From Azolla caroliniana (taxonomy: Eukaryota > Plantae > Polypodiophyta), in assembly GCA_043228905.1 (NCBI GenBank), contig JBHGNT010000011.1:3906001-3970000 (forward strand): 64,000 nt of DNA. Reading direction: 5' to 3'. The translations under genes and the position numbers were made by a program. Numbering within the stretch: position 1 is the stretch's first letter; each line of letters opens with the position of its first letter. Below are positions 35,857 to 51,500 of this stretch, in pieces. The notes beneath the pieces are model-generated. The model ran no database searches. It was given only the letters and a program-made list of their open reading frames with translations, and was not told the origin of the DNA.

Positions 35857-36866
35857 ACGGGTAAGCGAGCATACTATGCATTTGAGAACACATGCAATCT
35901 TGGAGATTTTAAGTGTTGGGTCCTCAAGAAATATCTTTTCAACACTTTGGTGACACTAGTTCTTCTCAATGGAGGTGGAAGCATGGGGCGGTAGCATCCC
36001 TAAATCTATGTGGAAAGAGTTTGAAAATATCCAAAAACATTTTGTTACAAAGTTTCTACAAGTTAAGAAACAAACCCCCTACACCCTCCTCCTTGAGATG
36101 GGATTGCTTCCCATTGAGATCATAGCCATGGAAAGGGTTGTTGAATACATGCTTAAGGTTCAAAAAAGTCCCTCCCATCGACTTCTTAGAATTGCATGGG
36201 AACCAAGAAAAAAGATCCAAAAGACGCATAAAAGCAAAATTTTGTGTTCTGGTTGGATGCAAGATATAGAAAAATGGTTCGGTAGATGGGATGCAAGACA
36301 CTTGCTTCATGCTGCATCACTAGATTCCTCTGTAAATGAGGCCTTTCTGCAATGCCAATGTATCATGACATGGGACAAATGTGGAGGCTCACGCTTCACA
36401 CATTATACTTACACATGTTGCATCTAACTACAAGACAATATTCTTCGCGGAACGGGGAAACCATATACATCGATACATGTTAGAGCCCCTCCCGTTATTT
36501 GTCATTGGAACCATTGCTTCCATGCGACTTAGCTCACATGCATTGCGATGTGAGATGGGGCATTGGGGCACAAGTGATGAGAGTGGCCGGCTATGCACAC
36601 TTTGCCCTAAACAAGTTCAACAATCTAAGTATCACACTTTGCTACAATGCTCTGCCTTTGATCATATTCGACCATTCCACATCTCTTCGACCGAGCCCAA
36701 TCCTTGCACGAATTTCTCTCACAACCACAATGTGCACTCTCGATTCCAACATTCATTGGTAAAGTTCTTGAGCATCGAGTGTCATTACTCTCTTTCACAC
36801 ATATCACGTGAAATGTAATATTTTGGTCTCATTGGTCATATTTGACCTTCGAAGACGATAATATAT

Positions 36867-36913
<47 letters not shown>

Positions 36914-38850
36914 CTTAGTATTAAGCCTCGTTTACTTGTCCGTGACACTTTGTGCTTTGAAGTATGAATATATCACTTCTTAGGATGGAGACACACATCA
37001 AGAAAACTTTTGTACTTAGGTCCCATGTGTCAATACTGGCCTCTCTATGGACGCAAAAGCAAAATCTAATGTAATCTAACCTGATTGCTTCTCCCAAAGG
37101 CTTTCCTCCAGTGCTTTCTCTAAGGCAGACATGCAAAGGGTTTTTTCCAAAGTCAACGGGTGAAATGGATATAGAAATGCAATACACTTGAAAGTAATAC
37201 CAAGAAGGAAAACATGAAAGTACAAACAAACTCAATATATGCAAAGGGAAAGTGTGAAAGTAAGAAACTAAATAGAAGAATAGAAAGATATCGATTTAGT
37301 TGTGAGCATCAAACCAAGGCGGATGAAGGATTCTAGGGTGGTGTCTAGATGTAATGAGATCAAATACAATCAACCTTGAGCTCTACTTGTTGTGCAATTT
37401 TAGAGGGTTTTATTTGAATAAGTTTTTTCTTGACAATGATGTTGATATGCTATGTGTACAAGGTAAGATAACATCAAATACGTCTTCTTAATTGACCATA
37501 TAGCCATAATACTTTAGAGGATTCTTGAACTATGTTTCACTCATATGCAAGGGGTTGAAAATGTAAAGGTATCATAAAAGAACCTTCACAGTGATGTCTA
37601 GTTGTCAGGTTCCTAGAGTACCTTGTCTATGTAAGAATAATATGACAATTAACTTTTGTTTTGTCGTCTCGATGGAAAGGAGAACTGCAAGACCAAACAC
37701 GCCAGAATCAAATGGATAGATTATTGGCATGACTTTGTTACTTTTAAGGATAAAGGCAAAGCTATGTTGATTTTACATTGGATTGTTATGAGTTGGTTTC
37801 AAATCTACAAGAAATAGAAGATGACAAGTTGCAATAACCACCATGAAGAATGGTTCTCATCGTGTAAAATATCCATTATTCATTACATTGCAACCTTTGA
37901 AAAATTTACCTAAATGCATATCTCAATATTACAATGATCAAGGCTTTACAATGAAACCTTCCAATCCTCTATTATTAGGAGGCTACCCCATTCAAACATG
38001 AGACAAAGATTCATTTGAACCCTAATTTTATTGCAATTTTTATTCATACACAACACTTCCTCTGGCTCAAGAGAGACTTGACTACTGCTATTGCTCCCAA
38101 AGATTCAAAAGCACAATAACTAATTATGTGAAATAATCAATATTGGTTCCTAAAGTCATGCTATGTTAAATTATAGCTATCGAGGCACTCCTCATCAAGA
38201 AATATCTAAAATGTCTCACAAATGCTCTAATCTATCTTATGTTCCCTTTTGGTTACTCAACTATTCAACATGCTTTTGCCAATATTTCTTCTTCTCTCTC
38301 GCTATTATCCGCTTATAAATTAGTAAAATTAAATGCACTATGGTTAAATAGCTCATGATCTACTTATGGCCATAGAGTTGATTGGTTCATGCTTATTATA
38401 AGGTGGATAGGTGGGTAGCATTAAAGGAAATAACTAATCCTATATATGGGAATTAATAATAACCTTATTAAATGGGCCTTCTCCATGGAAAGTAAGGCCA
38501 CAATTGAAGTGTATGTGTGGTTGTTTGCTTTAGATATGATACATGGGGTGGTTTGTGGTTAAAAGTGAAGAAGGATAAATACTAAGGGTCTATGATTAAT
38601 CGAAAAATCTCAATTTTAATTAATTAGAACACACTAATGCAAGAGTCGATCATCATCACTAGATATAAACTAGCTCAGATTCATCGTCCGTAATTCTATT
38701 GTAATCTAAAGGAGACACATGCCATGGCGTGTTTCTATCGAAACACCCACATTCCCAGTGACATGTCTTAAATAACTAACATGAGTCTATTTAATCAGAA
38801 AGGCATGGTTTGGGCTAATGAGTTATTATGTCTAAATGGGATGGTACATT

Positions 38851-38889
<39 letters not shown>

Positions 38890-40476
38890 TGTTGCATTGA
38901 ATGTATGTACTAATAATATGGGCATAAGTGATCATTTGGGGCACGCACTTTTATGTCCCACGGGTTCCTCTTTTGGGAAAGTCATAAAAAAGGTAAGGTT
39001 TTCTTTTTGGGCATCACTTTCACAAGTAAATATTGACATATTTATAAGGCCACTGACTTGACTGGGACAACAAAACAAGATATACCCTAGCCATTAATGG
39101 GCAACAACACTCCTTGAGTACATGAACACAATTATATATGGCTTCTATACAAGGGGTTATAACTTATACTATTATATAATAACGTGACAAAAGAGCATAG
39201 AGAACGGCTAGGGATATGACACAAATATGATTAGAGACAAATTATGGTTCTTATAATTGAGCAAGCAATGAATAACAGCTACTATTGGGTGAACAAGGTT
39301 TCTATTAAATGGATTGTCAATCATTATATACCATTATATTGGGTTGGACAATACATGGTCACTACATCATATCATTGGACATTAATGGACCATGGGAACC
39401 AAGAAATTAGATTTTAATTAATGGGCTTGCATAACAAGCACCAACAATTAGAAACCTTTGAAATATTGAATGATGGACAACCTGGTTTTTAATAGAGTAA
39501 TCTATGATCACAACAAAATATTGAATTCATACATAATGTATTCATGGATTGAATGAACACCATTGTAACACTAGATAAGGCCACATTTTTTTATGGCCTG
39601 ATTAAATGGGCGACATTTTAGTATATAACACAATGGAACTTCTTATAACATGAGTGGGCAAAATCCTTATTAAAAAAAGCTGATTGAGGCAATTACATCA
39701 TTATGTTGGTCTCTTTCTAATAGGCATTAATAATACAAGAATACAACAAATAGTTTTGCTTCCAATTTTACCATTGGCAATGTCTATAAGTTTTGTCAAA
39801 CAAATTGAAGATTGGGGAGGGACCCCCAATCTGCATTCCATCGGCTCAAGGGAGATTCATGACACATACCATTCCATGGTGTCAATTGTCTAGATCGATG
39901 GATAAACATGGCATGCACCTGCATCTTCTAGATTGACATAAATCTTGATAAATGGATCATTAATATGAGTTAATAGCATCCATGCAGCGATCATAGATGC
40001 AAAGACTGGGGAGATCAAAATCCAATCCAATCCAATCAAACTATATACTATGCATATGGTTTCATGTAGCCATGAAACCATTACAGAGTGTCTGCATTTA
40101 AATTACTTTCCAAGAGACTCTGAAACATCCCGGCCATAGTGTCCATCGCAGCATTGATCAATGTATGACAAGCCATGGACTTATGAAATGCCGACCAAAA
40201 GACAGTAACATGCCATGCTGCGATCGAGATTTGTGTCATCATTATGTCCAGATTAATCGTCGCATGCAGTATCCAAACCCTCATACATGACTATTTAGTA
40301 ATCGGAATTTTATGTATATTTCATCGTAGCCGCTAAATGCCACACATTATGATACATCTAAACTAATCGGATTTTTTTCTTCTTTAATTCTTAACATGGA
40401 GGAGAGATTCAATGGATGGACTGACGCCATGATCACCGGTTAAATCGCATTAAATCCATTAGGTGTCATTATTTTC

Positions 40477-40850
40477 TATCGAAGGACGCATTCCGGAATA
40501 TATCGTGTGTGTCGGAATGAATCTAAATTCACCGAGCTCTAGTGTGGGCTAATACTATCCAAGAATTTTCCGGAGTATCATGTGTATCTAAATTCATCGA
40601 TATGGAGCTCTAGTGTGGCACTATCGAAGAATTTCTCGGAATATCGTGTGCGTCGGAATGAATCTAAACACATGGAGCTCTAGCGTGGGCTAATACTATC
40701 AAAGAATTTCCCGGAATATCATGTGTGTCGAAGTGAATCTAAATTCATCGATATGGAGCTCTAGTGTGGGCTAATACTATCGATGAATTTCCCGGAATAT
40801 TGTGTGTGGTGGAATGAATCTAAATACATGGTGCTCTAGTGTGGGCTAAT
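40477..40850. repeat. Minisatellite, ~65-80-bp unit, about 5 copies
   Basis: ctatcgaagaatttcccggaatatcgtgtgtgtcggaatgaatctaaa...gagctctagtgtgggctaata repeated. Confidence 0.9.
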
Positions 40851-40913
40851 ACAGTTGAAGAATTATAACAAGATGGTCATACCTCATCATTATGAGAATG
40901 AGTTGGTTTAAGA

Positions 40914-40980
40914 TAAGACATAGACATAGACATAGACATAGACATAGACATAGACATAGAGAGAGAGAGAGAGAGAGAGA
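40914..40980. repeat. (AGACAT)n + (GA)n microsatellite
   Basis: Directly visible. Confidence 0.95.
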
Positions 40981-43900
40981 ATCTAATGATGGGAGGCCCT
41001 CTCTTGATTTGTGAGAGTGAGGACATGAAATTGTTAAAGAAAGAGCACGTGCCAAGAATGATGATGATGATGACGATGATGAGTGCAGTGATTGAGGAAC
41101 AACAAGACAACTGCATTGAATGAATGAGTGACTTTTTAATAATGTGGTCATAATTGATGGTTTTTGTGGCACTCACTTTTCATGTATGTTGTCATTTGTG
41201 CTGGTCCACATGTCCCACAAGTTCCCCCTTCGGGAAAGCCACTCAAGAGATATGGTTTCCTTTTTTGGGCATCAATTCCATGCCCTCGTTTTCCTCTAAG
41301 GATAGGCAAACTTATTATTAAGTGGGTGGGACAACGAGAAAGATTTCTATAATTATTTATGACTATGATGAATGGACCCAAATAACACTCTTGAACTCCT
41401 CGCATATTGGGCATGACCAACAATCTAATACGAGTCGCCCCAAGCAAATTATATATGGTTCTTACATGGGCAATGATGAGACTACACAACATAACTAGGG
41501 CCACCAAATCAATTATATATGGCTCTCATTATGGGCAATTTATAAGACGATGCTACATAATTGGGGACAACCGTTAAGATTCTTACCACAATTACGAGCA
41601 ATATTACTACTACACAACATGACTAGGGATAACTACTACGGTGTTGCAACAATTGTAAAGGGCACATAAATCTAGGCAATGTTCATGTAAATGCGCAATC
41701 GATCATCATAACAAGAGCAACCACTCCTTTTAGATTTATGAATTCCTCTCCTAATTAATGCATCATGGATGGATCACAATACATATATGTGGAGACATAG
41801 ATAGATATGCATCTAGACATATACAGAAGCACACATACACACCGCTCCATGGCCTGATCCTCGATTCTAGTGTTTGCTCAAAGTACTAGATTACCCTTTT
41901 AAGTAATCCCCAATGTTTTCTAATAAAGTTTGGTAGGAATCTACTCACCACTACGACCACAAACATAGTGTTGGGTATGGTGACCACTATACATCAAACA
42001 TTATTCGACTTCGGATGAGTATCAAAATTTCCACATTTATTGCTTTGTAGATTTGAATTGGAGACAATATTGCTTGCTCATTTTCACGATCATCATTGGC
42101 TTGAGTTCATCAATATCGGAAGAAAACAACGTTTTGGTGATACATGAAAATTGAGATAGATGAATCCATTGATTATTCCTATCTTGAGCAATCTCATTTC
42201 TAAGATATGCTTCATCCATTCTAAAAATCTAGTCAATTGCTCTATATATATCATGTCCTCATCATCCCCATAGGATAAGATAGTTTTCACATCCCTATAC
42301 TCCATTCCATATCCTCCTCAATCACGACTATGCAAGGAGTATCTCAAACTTCATCATTTGTATGGTTATAAGGGGGAAATGCACATCAACATGCAAACTC
42401 TATTCTTGTTCGAATTCCTAGTCAATTAGTTACTTTAATTTCTACCTTGGATTTATACTATTAGATGGGCATCTAAGCTTGTACATCCATTAATTGCAAG
42501 GAAAAATCTAGTGATTATTCAATACAAGTATTGTTTCATAAATTCCTTGGCAAGTGATTTGTACTCTTGAGCCAAACTATCATACGGGCACTTAAGTTTA
42601 CAGATCCACTTACAAGGCAACATCTACTTATTCTTGAGTATGAATATTGTTATTTCCTTTCCTTTGTGATTAGTGACAGTTTGTAGTTTAGATTTATAGC
42701 TTTAGATGAACACTTCATGTTCTAGATTCATTTACAAGGAAAAGCCTAATTATGCTTGATTACGATATATGAAAATACACGTGTCTATGTGAAATGTGGA
42801 GTGGCACTAGTACTGGGGACCTAACAAGGGAAGATGGTTTATCATTAATAGATTTTGCAAATATGAGATGCCATGTCGTCATGCTTCTAAAAACGTTTCT
42901 TACTTTCTTTAGCGTAAGTACAATTTTGAATGCATGCTCTATGTGGGGGAGACTGAGGTTGTTCCTAGTGTCTGAGTGCCTTGGAACATGGTCATCCTCT
43001 TACTAACTTTTTCCTTGAACTTGAATATCTTATTTTGTCTTTAATAAAATTTGCACCTTAGTTGTGGCACATGATCGATACTTACAAGAATAAAGCTATG
43101 ATAAAAGAATCTTGTATAATGAATAAACCATGTTGTTTTTGTGACTATATTCTCATACGCTACTATAAGTTTCCACCTATAAATAGAAACGACAACTAAT
43201 ATAGAGTATAAAGTTTTTTAGGTGAGTTAATCCCATGACATACATTCTACAAATACCATTTTATCACATAGATTGCTAAATTCGAACCATTCTATAGTAA
43301 TTTAGTCTTGAATGTTAACCTTGCTTCCTTGAATTTGGTTAATGGTGATGGTTGATCCTTTCATTGGTAATGATCCCAACAATCACACTATTTGTGTCAA
43401 GTTTGTCATTAAAATAAAATGTCCAACTCACTTTTCTAAAAAATTATTGGAATATTGATATTTGAGTATGTATTATTAATGCTCCCCTAGTTTAAGTTTG
43501 TAGTGTTCATGTGATTGAGGGATCATTTTGTTATGGGTGATCTCCCTAGGTAGATATGTTGCTACTTGCAGATGTGATGGTGGTGATACCAAAATGTGTA
43601 TAGGTAGGAGAATGTCGATACTCTCCACATGTATATGGAGTGTAAAAACTCACCTTCTATGTTTATACAAGAATATCTAACCTTGGCATATATGCTAGAG
43701 TCGACCAACCAATTGTCACCATTAAGTGTTTCCCTATTGATGCAAAGTTTTAGCCTAAAACTTGTGAACCATATTAGTTGTGAGATAAGAATGAATGTTG
43801 TACTCACTAGAATTTTCAATTAAGATTGAAGTTTGAAATTGTGCATTGGCATCATTGCTGGTAGATCATGGGTGATGTATATCATGCATTGCATGACTTG

Positions 43901-45709
43901 GCATAATCATAGATCTTCCGTTAAAGCCAAAGAGTCTCGGTCATTGGCTACATTGGTCTCAGTTCAAAATATTGCCTATACTAGTGTCAATTATGTTTAA
44001 AAAGTTCATTTGCATATCTTGTTGAATACTTCAAAGGTTCATTTTATGGAATACTTCAACATCGCTCTCAACTCTCTGACTTGAGGCTCAGTACGAAGGT
44101 AGATCTATAATTAATCAAAGTAGATAAGGAACTAAGGCAACATGTTGTGGGAAAGCTGATACCTCGTGTAAAAGACATTGCATATCTTGTGTAGAAAGAG
44201 TTTATAGTAAAACATGCATGGGAGGCTAATGGAGAGCTCATTGAAGGTGAAAAATCAATCAATAGGTAACTTTTTATACTAGCTCATAGTTGGACAATGA
44301 CGGAGGTCCCAAAAAGTTGAGGTATTGGGCAATGTGATTCTCATTCCATAATGAGAATTCAAAAAGATCCCAACTTGCTATTCACCATTAGGTTCATTCA
44401 TAGAAACTATAATAAGGGTGCACCATATTATTTCCACGAAAAGAAGAAAGAGAGAGGTTACAATAGGGTGAGAATAATGGAAGGTGGAAAAGGTGTAGGA
44501 AGTATGGATAGTGGTACTAGACTATTGGTGGTAAATTAAAATTTCTGGTTAAAATTTCTAGGTTCAATTTGATAATTTAAGGATGATCCCATGGAATCTT
44601 GACTCTCTTCACTTGTTTTTCTAGATGTGTACGTCCTCCCTTAGACTCCAAGTCCAATGCCTAAAAGTTGTTTTGTACTTAATGGAATTATGTGAGAGCC
44701 ATCGATTCAAAAGCTTTGTCAATTGTATAATTTTTTCAAGTTGATTGGTGATGTGGTAGCTTGTTGGCATATTCATGCATCCTTATTGGTAAAAGAAAGC
44801 ATGATTCAAACACCGCCGTCTACTACTTACCTATTAAGCAACTCCATTGTGACCTCCATGCACTAATATATATTTTCAAGTAATCATAGATTTAAACTTA
44901 GTATAAACTATATAAACACACCTAATAGGTACAACATGTAGTTATGCTACCATAAGGTGAAATAAGCTTATTATATTGAAGGGTATTCCGCTTGACTTTG
45001 TAATCTTCATAACCCTTCCAAGAGCATGACACGTTAGACTTAATTACATTTGATCTAAGCCCTTTCATACAACCTCTTGTGCATACTCTACATACAAGAT
45101 AGGAAGTGGGATGCAATAATAGTGTATCAAGACACCACATATTAACATAGAAAAAAATACAAGTTCAGAGCGAGATAATTGATATAAGAAATGTAATAGT
45201 ACCTCACAATACTATGCAATGATATATGTATGAGTTGATTGATACAGAAATGTTACAATTGGGCCACTCAGGTGGCTTAAACTTACTTGGGACATACCAA
45301 GTTCCTTTAACAATCAAGCACACCACTTGCCTAGATCTATGTGATTTCGTTGCTCTTCATTTGTGCAATTCCATCTGTATAACTTTAAAATGTTTTGTCA
45401 TTTGAGTGACAAATTTTCTAAGCCCCATGTTCACGTCCTCAAAAGTAGTAAAGGAACTTATGTTACAAAAGTAAACCATATAAACATATCACCTTTTGTT
45501 GTTTCATTTCTTATATAAGTTCTTTCGATGAACGAAGTCCAAAGAGTTATATTACCATGACTATCAAGTTGCTCCCACTTTAGGTTTGCCAATATTGACC
45601 ACATACATGTGCTTTAGATATCAAACATTTTCAACTAAATTTAGCTTTTTATTGTTCTCTAAAAAAGACTTTCATATAACACTAAATAAGACGCTCATAT
45701 CATGCGGAA

Positions 45710-47075
45710 AGATAGATGTTATTATTGTCCTCAAACATCAAATATGACCTAAGGAACCAAAATTGAAACTTTATTACAAAATATTCGTGGAATGAAGTAG
45801 TGAACCATGATGTTCAATATCTTTTTAATAAATATTGTAATTGTGAGAAATATGTGTACGTAGTAGACCAAATTGACAAAGTGTGGGAAGAAGACTTAAA
45901 TGTTGTTGAACAGTATGCATTGTATCAAAGGGTGACAAACTTATTTATACAAAAGTATTCATAGCAAATGAGTTTACTAACTTATGCCCCAATTCACATG
46001 AAAGAGAATGTGAGCTAAGTAATATGGAAGCAATGTTATGGATGGAAAATAAACGGATGACCTCTACTCTATATCTTTCCAAATTTGTGCTACACTGATA
46101 TTGCGGAAAAGCCTTGTTCATTGAGGAATCCATTGATGCATGCTAATTTTTTGAGACAATATCCCATTTCCTACCACTTCTTCATATCTAGCCTACATTA
46201 AAAACCTAATTTTTGTTTCTGTGCCTTTTGAATCTCTTTACTCTTTTCCCATGAAATCTAAAGAAGTTGATATGAGGAATTTTTCGAGCCCTATGCATGT
46301 TCTTGAGAACACTTTCCACGGTGATGTTCTCAGTGGGAAGCAAGATTAAGAAGTAGAGGCATGTAAAGTCATTGTAGCTTGAGTTGAAGAAACTTGCTAA
46401 GGACACACTTTTAGATATTTTCAAATTCCTTCAAACTAAAAGTAGGAATGATACAACCTGTACTTCAACCTCAGTAAAAAAAACATCAATGTTAAAGATG
46501 GATCGAAGAGGCATTTCATATGCTTTCCAAAGCATGGTGAGCCCTCTTTCTTGCTTCTAGATAGTGGGTAGCACATTCATTCAATCTATGAATTGAAGTA
46601 GCTATCTCAAGCCAAAGAACTTTGAGGCTATACTTTCAAATGTCTCATTATTGCATACAAAGTTTGGTTTATCCTTATTTGCATTTTCAACAAGCACAAC
46701 CTTCATTTTCAACTTATTGTTACTCAATCATTGCGAGCTTAGCTTATGAAGCTACCTAAAATCGTATGAGTCTATTGACACCCAATATATTTTAAACTCT
46801 CTATAGTTTCGAATGGCTCATTATTGTACACAATGCAAGGTTTCTCCTAATTTAGAGTCTTCACATCATAAAATTTTAAGCTAAAATATTTGCAAAAGGC
46901 ACCACATCATTTGCATATAAGAAAATCATGATAACTACATGTTTGAATGATAACTTCATAAATTCTAGTGTCATTTACAAACATGTCAACCATTTGTTCC
47001 AATACTATAATCTACGAACCAAAGAGATTTGTCAAGTGAAGGAATCCTTGCTTACCACCAATAGTGCTAAATTGC
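45710..47075 (-). mobile_element. Old degenerate RTE-like LINE
   Basis: The reverse complement shows a GGKQGFL-like RT motif, LPTENITVES and the 3' end ggtcatatttga. Confidence 0.6.
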
Positions 47076-50000
47076 TTAACATAATGTGTGTATGTTGAAA
47101 GAGATAGATCTCTTTAGACCCCTTTAGTGGAGTGGTCCAGGCATGTTCTTGTAATGTACATGGGGTTTCCTTACAAGAGTTTGAATCTCTCAAATGACAT
47201 GAGCAGTAGAGATATCTTTATTACACATACACACACACAAACATAGAGGTTTTAGTTGATATAGATAAATCACACCCATTTCTATATTATCACTCACAAA
47301 ATCACGAGGGAGAGTAGACATTGGCAGCATGAGGGATGCTCCCAGAAACAAAATATGTTTTCAATACGAAGAAAGTTACCAAGTTCATTATCACAACAGA
47401 AATATTGTAATTTGGATTGTAAGGTCTACTAAAGATAACCGACCAAAGAATATTGCAAACATTGATGCTTGAAAAGAATAGATTTTGACTTTCATGTGCA
47501 AGTTATATATAATATATAGGTTGCCTTATGATGTACTACCTAAAGTGTTGGTTTGTTTATAGATATGCATTATTCGAGCTAGAAGCCAAAACTAAGGGTG
47601 AAGAATAGTCATAGGGAAAATGGAATTGATAATAATTTGGATTGTTGTTTGTCACTATGAAGTTAATGAATTCGTAATTTTTCTAAATGGAAACTATTCC
47701 CATAACAAAGATGCATATGTTGCATCCTTACAATTATGTTCTATGTTCATCCACAATCTGATCAATGTGTTGCATTGATATTTTCTTATGATTATTAGTG
47801 CCTTATACATTGGGCCATGGCCCAATACATGAGCCATGACAAAATTGCATGTCGTGGATAGTCTTGAAGGTTTCAACTCACCCACTCATTCTCATGTGCA
47901 CTCGACGTTGTGATCTTTGTTATCAAAGATGTGAAAAAATATTTTGCATACATCTTATTTTTCCTTCAAGAAGCCATATTGTAAAAATATTTGTTGTCCA
48001 GTGTAATTGGTTTTGTAAGTCGATCAACACTTTGTGCATTGGTCATCACAACCTAATTGTTGATATAGACTACTTTGGTTCACAATTTATCATCATATTG
48101 GTACATGATGTGGAGTAGTGGAATCTTGATGTTGGAAGACAAACATGAATTGACAACTACAACTCTAAATATAAAAACCCACCCCACCTGGGATGAGGGA
48201 TCAGAGTTGGCTAAATATTTTGTTTCTTTAATATCACAAGAATTTGATAGTAACATTAAAAGAAGGTAACCTATATATCTTTAATGGGAAAACCTTATTT
48301 GAGTTTGTTGTCAAAATGCCAGCATGAATATATGTTTATAGACTAACAATAATCACTCCATTTGACAGTGATTTGCTTTCGGTAGTTATGTAGACAGATT
48401 TGTTCTAAAGTTGAAAATTCGGGGAAACGTTGTCCTGAAATTACGTGCATGGGTGTAAAATCTGAGTGGGACCACCGAGGACTTGAACCAAAGAGGATGG
48501 GTTGAGTCGAGTCTTACAAGTTCAATGTACAAGGATGTTGATGCCAGACTAGTTTAAAGTATGTGTGTATAAAATGTAGGTCAATTTCGAGGTGTATATC
48601 TATATGTCGCCGAGAGAGGTCGATATTTTATTATTATTATTATTATTATTATGATAATTGTACTTTTATCTATTTTCATTATTATCAACTATCATGAAGT
48701 GTATGGACATTAAGTTCTCGTTACTATGAAGATGACATCAATCACATAAATATCTTTATCAAAGGTCTAATTGCACTCTTAACTAATGCATGTTATATAG
48801 AACATGATTCATGTCATAGGGAATGGTTTTTTTAGTTGATGAGTTCGCCTCATTTTATCTAGTTCTAAAATCCCTCAACCAACAATATGTTAGGAACACT
48901 TTATTGTACTAATCCCCATTATAAACCTATGTCAATGAAGATCATAATTCCTAAATAAATGCCATTTGATGCTCTATAATTGTCATACATGCGTAAAACT
49001 AATGATTCATCTGAAAGTTTGACATATCAAAATGTGCGTCAATTATCTTAGTCATATGAAGGTTGATGAGGGTGAATTGTCGAAGAAAATAATATTGTGT
49101 AGGTTCTAAATCTCCATTCATACACAATCTGAATTGTCCCATAAATGCTCTTTTGGATATGAGGCCTACCAACTCATGGGACTTATATTTGAATTTGCTA
49201 CACTAATGACTAGGATTCTCAATCATCAAACCAATCCAAAATATACGCCAACTACATCAAAGTTTTAAGCGTCCCTCGAATATTTGGAATTAATGCTAGT
49301 GGGGAATAAAATGTTTTGTAGGATATATAGCCAAAAGATTCTATTGGATACTCATTGCATCAATTTCATTTAGGGTAAGATTGGAATTGATTGCAAAGGT
49401 ATGATATGTTTGGAATATTAATCCTATCCATATTTGTAATCCATGAGTTCCCATGCCTCCATTATTGACAGTTTCCATTGTAATGTGTTATAGGTTTTAA
49501 CATTATTGGGCAATCCTCGTCTTGTAGATCAACATACCTTTAAAGCTCTTTATCTTCGGCATTAAATGTTCGTTATGGACAGATATTGTCAAATCATATT
49601 CATGGCAATGAGATGAGAAAGGAATATGTTCACCTACCCAATGTAGCTAATTCTAGGACATGTGCAACATGGATAACTTATATGTTTGCTAACTATATTG
49701 TGATTTTAATATTCTTCCTAAGAGCTTATATATTGATAGCATGCACACTTGATATTAATATATTTTTTGTATTGGATTCATAACAATATTATTAAATTGA
49801 TTTGTTTTTTACTATGTTGTATCATAACGTTGAGACTCATAAAAGTATATAGGTCATCAATAGCTCATAATCTCCCTATAGAATATACCAAAATGTTATA
49901 AATTGGCTTCACAATTCGTTACTCATGCAGATAAATAAAGTAGTAAAATATATTGTTGTAAGAATGTAGTCTATAAATACTCATATGAGTTTGTGGAGGG

Positions 50001-51279
50001 GGTGGGGTGTCACGACTTGCATCACTAAAATGAACTTATATTCGCCAATCTATACGTGTCGTTTTCAGCACCTTCATTGTTATTTCTTAGCTAGTTTGTT
50101 ATATTATATTATCATGGACGGACATACAAATGTGGAAGTCTCGCAATGGTTTTGACAATGTCTTCTATATTTCAAAAGTTTTCGAACATTTTCAAATTCA
50201 CCCACAACATATGAGTGAGGGATTGAACTCAAAATAGAACTCATATTAATCAATACATCCCCCATAGGGGAAAGGAATTGAAGATAGTTACGATACCAAT
50301 CCTCAAGCAACATTTCATCCACAAATATATTGGGTGCACAAGGATATGCTGAAAATGTGTTATCCAAATTTCATATTGGAAGGGCCTCTAGTATATATGT
50401 GCATGATCATGTCTTTATCCTCCATAGTTTGAGACATAGTCATAGTTGGTTTAGAATAAAGTTTGAGGTTAATATTTTACCACATATAGCTTGTGAAAAT
50501 CATTATGGAAGGAGTAAAGCTTGTTATCAAGGCACTTTCACCCGTTTCAAGCTATAGTATTGCAAAAATGTATATATGATGTTGTACTCGATTGTTCCCA
50601 TTAATACTAATTGGAGGAACACTTCTAGTTCAAAGGTTATATTATACATATATTTCTTGAAGGTTATTCTTTCACACTAGATCCATGTTGCTTCTGCTAG
50701 AGGGAATGATATGTAAACATTATGGTGATTTTATTGTTTATGGTGTAAATTTCTTCCCTACATATAGTTAATGTACTTATAATAAGAGTTGGTAATATTC
50801 AAATTGAAATTTGGACCATGTAAGATATTTTTCAAATGAAATCTCTTGATGTGGATATTCTCAAGACATGACATTAGACCCCAAATCAGTTGAGAGCCAA
50901 TGCTCATTGGTTATTCAACATGTTATCCATGTATGTTTTGGGAAATAGTTTGTGACAACAGTAATGTCCTTTCCAAGGTATAAAATATTGACATCAGAGA
51001 TTTCTTAAATTTCTACTCAATATTAGCAACATTGCGAGCTACACAAAGTTTTATGGTAGTTTTCATATTCATTACATTCGTTTTTTTATTACAAATAAAA
51101 GTTTACGTCTAGAGTTTAATGACATTACAAATCCTTTTATTCTCCTTGAGTTGCTTCCCAAATAAGACCAAATTAATAATCAAAATTATAATATATATAC
51201 GAGGATTATTTGCCTCGACATACAATCAAATTCCAATATTATTATTCACAAGAGTTTAAATTGAGAAGGGATTTGAGAG

Positions 51280-51500
51280 AGAGATCCTAGTCAGCAACAC
51301 ACTTGTAGATACATATGGCAAATGTGGCAACATCAAAGAAGTACATAATATTTTCAATGCTAAGGGACATTGCATCTTGGATGCAATGATAAAAGGGTTC
51401 GGAATAAACCACGATGGATATATGGCTGTCCAATGTTTCAAATGTATGCTGAAATCAGGTTTAAAACCTAATGCAACCACATTCACATGCAATATTCATT
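51280..51500 (+). pseudogene. Isolated PLS-PPR gene fragment
   Basis: The + frame reads VSNTLVDTYGKCGNIKEVHNIFN...AMIKGFGINHDGYMAVQCFKCMLKSGLKPNATTF. Confidence 0.7.

Larger units (their letters stand above)
22357..36912 (+). mobile_element. Second RTE-like LINE copy, fragmented (22357-22423, 31724-31795, 35857-36912) by nested insertions
   Basis: The fragments are collinear with the copy at 20410-22335. (ATCT)n tail at 36868-36912. Confidence 0.8.

Noticed and set aside
36921-37244. 107-aa ORF on -
   Set aside because: No recognisable motif and a non-ATG start.
40477-40850. CRISPR-like regular repeats
   Set aside because: The whole unit is repeated with no unique spacers, so it is a minisatellite.
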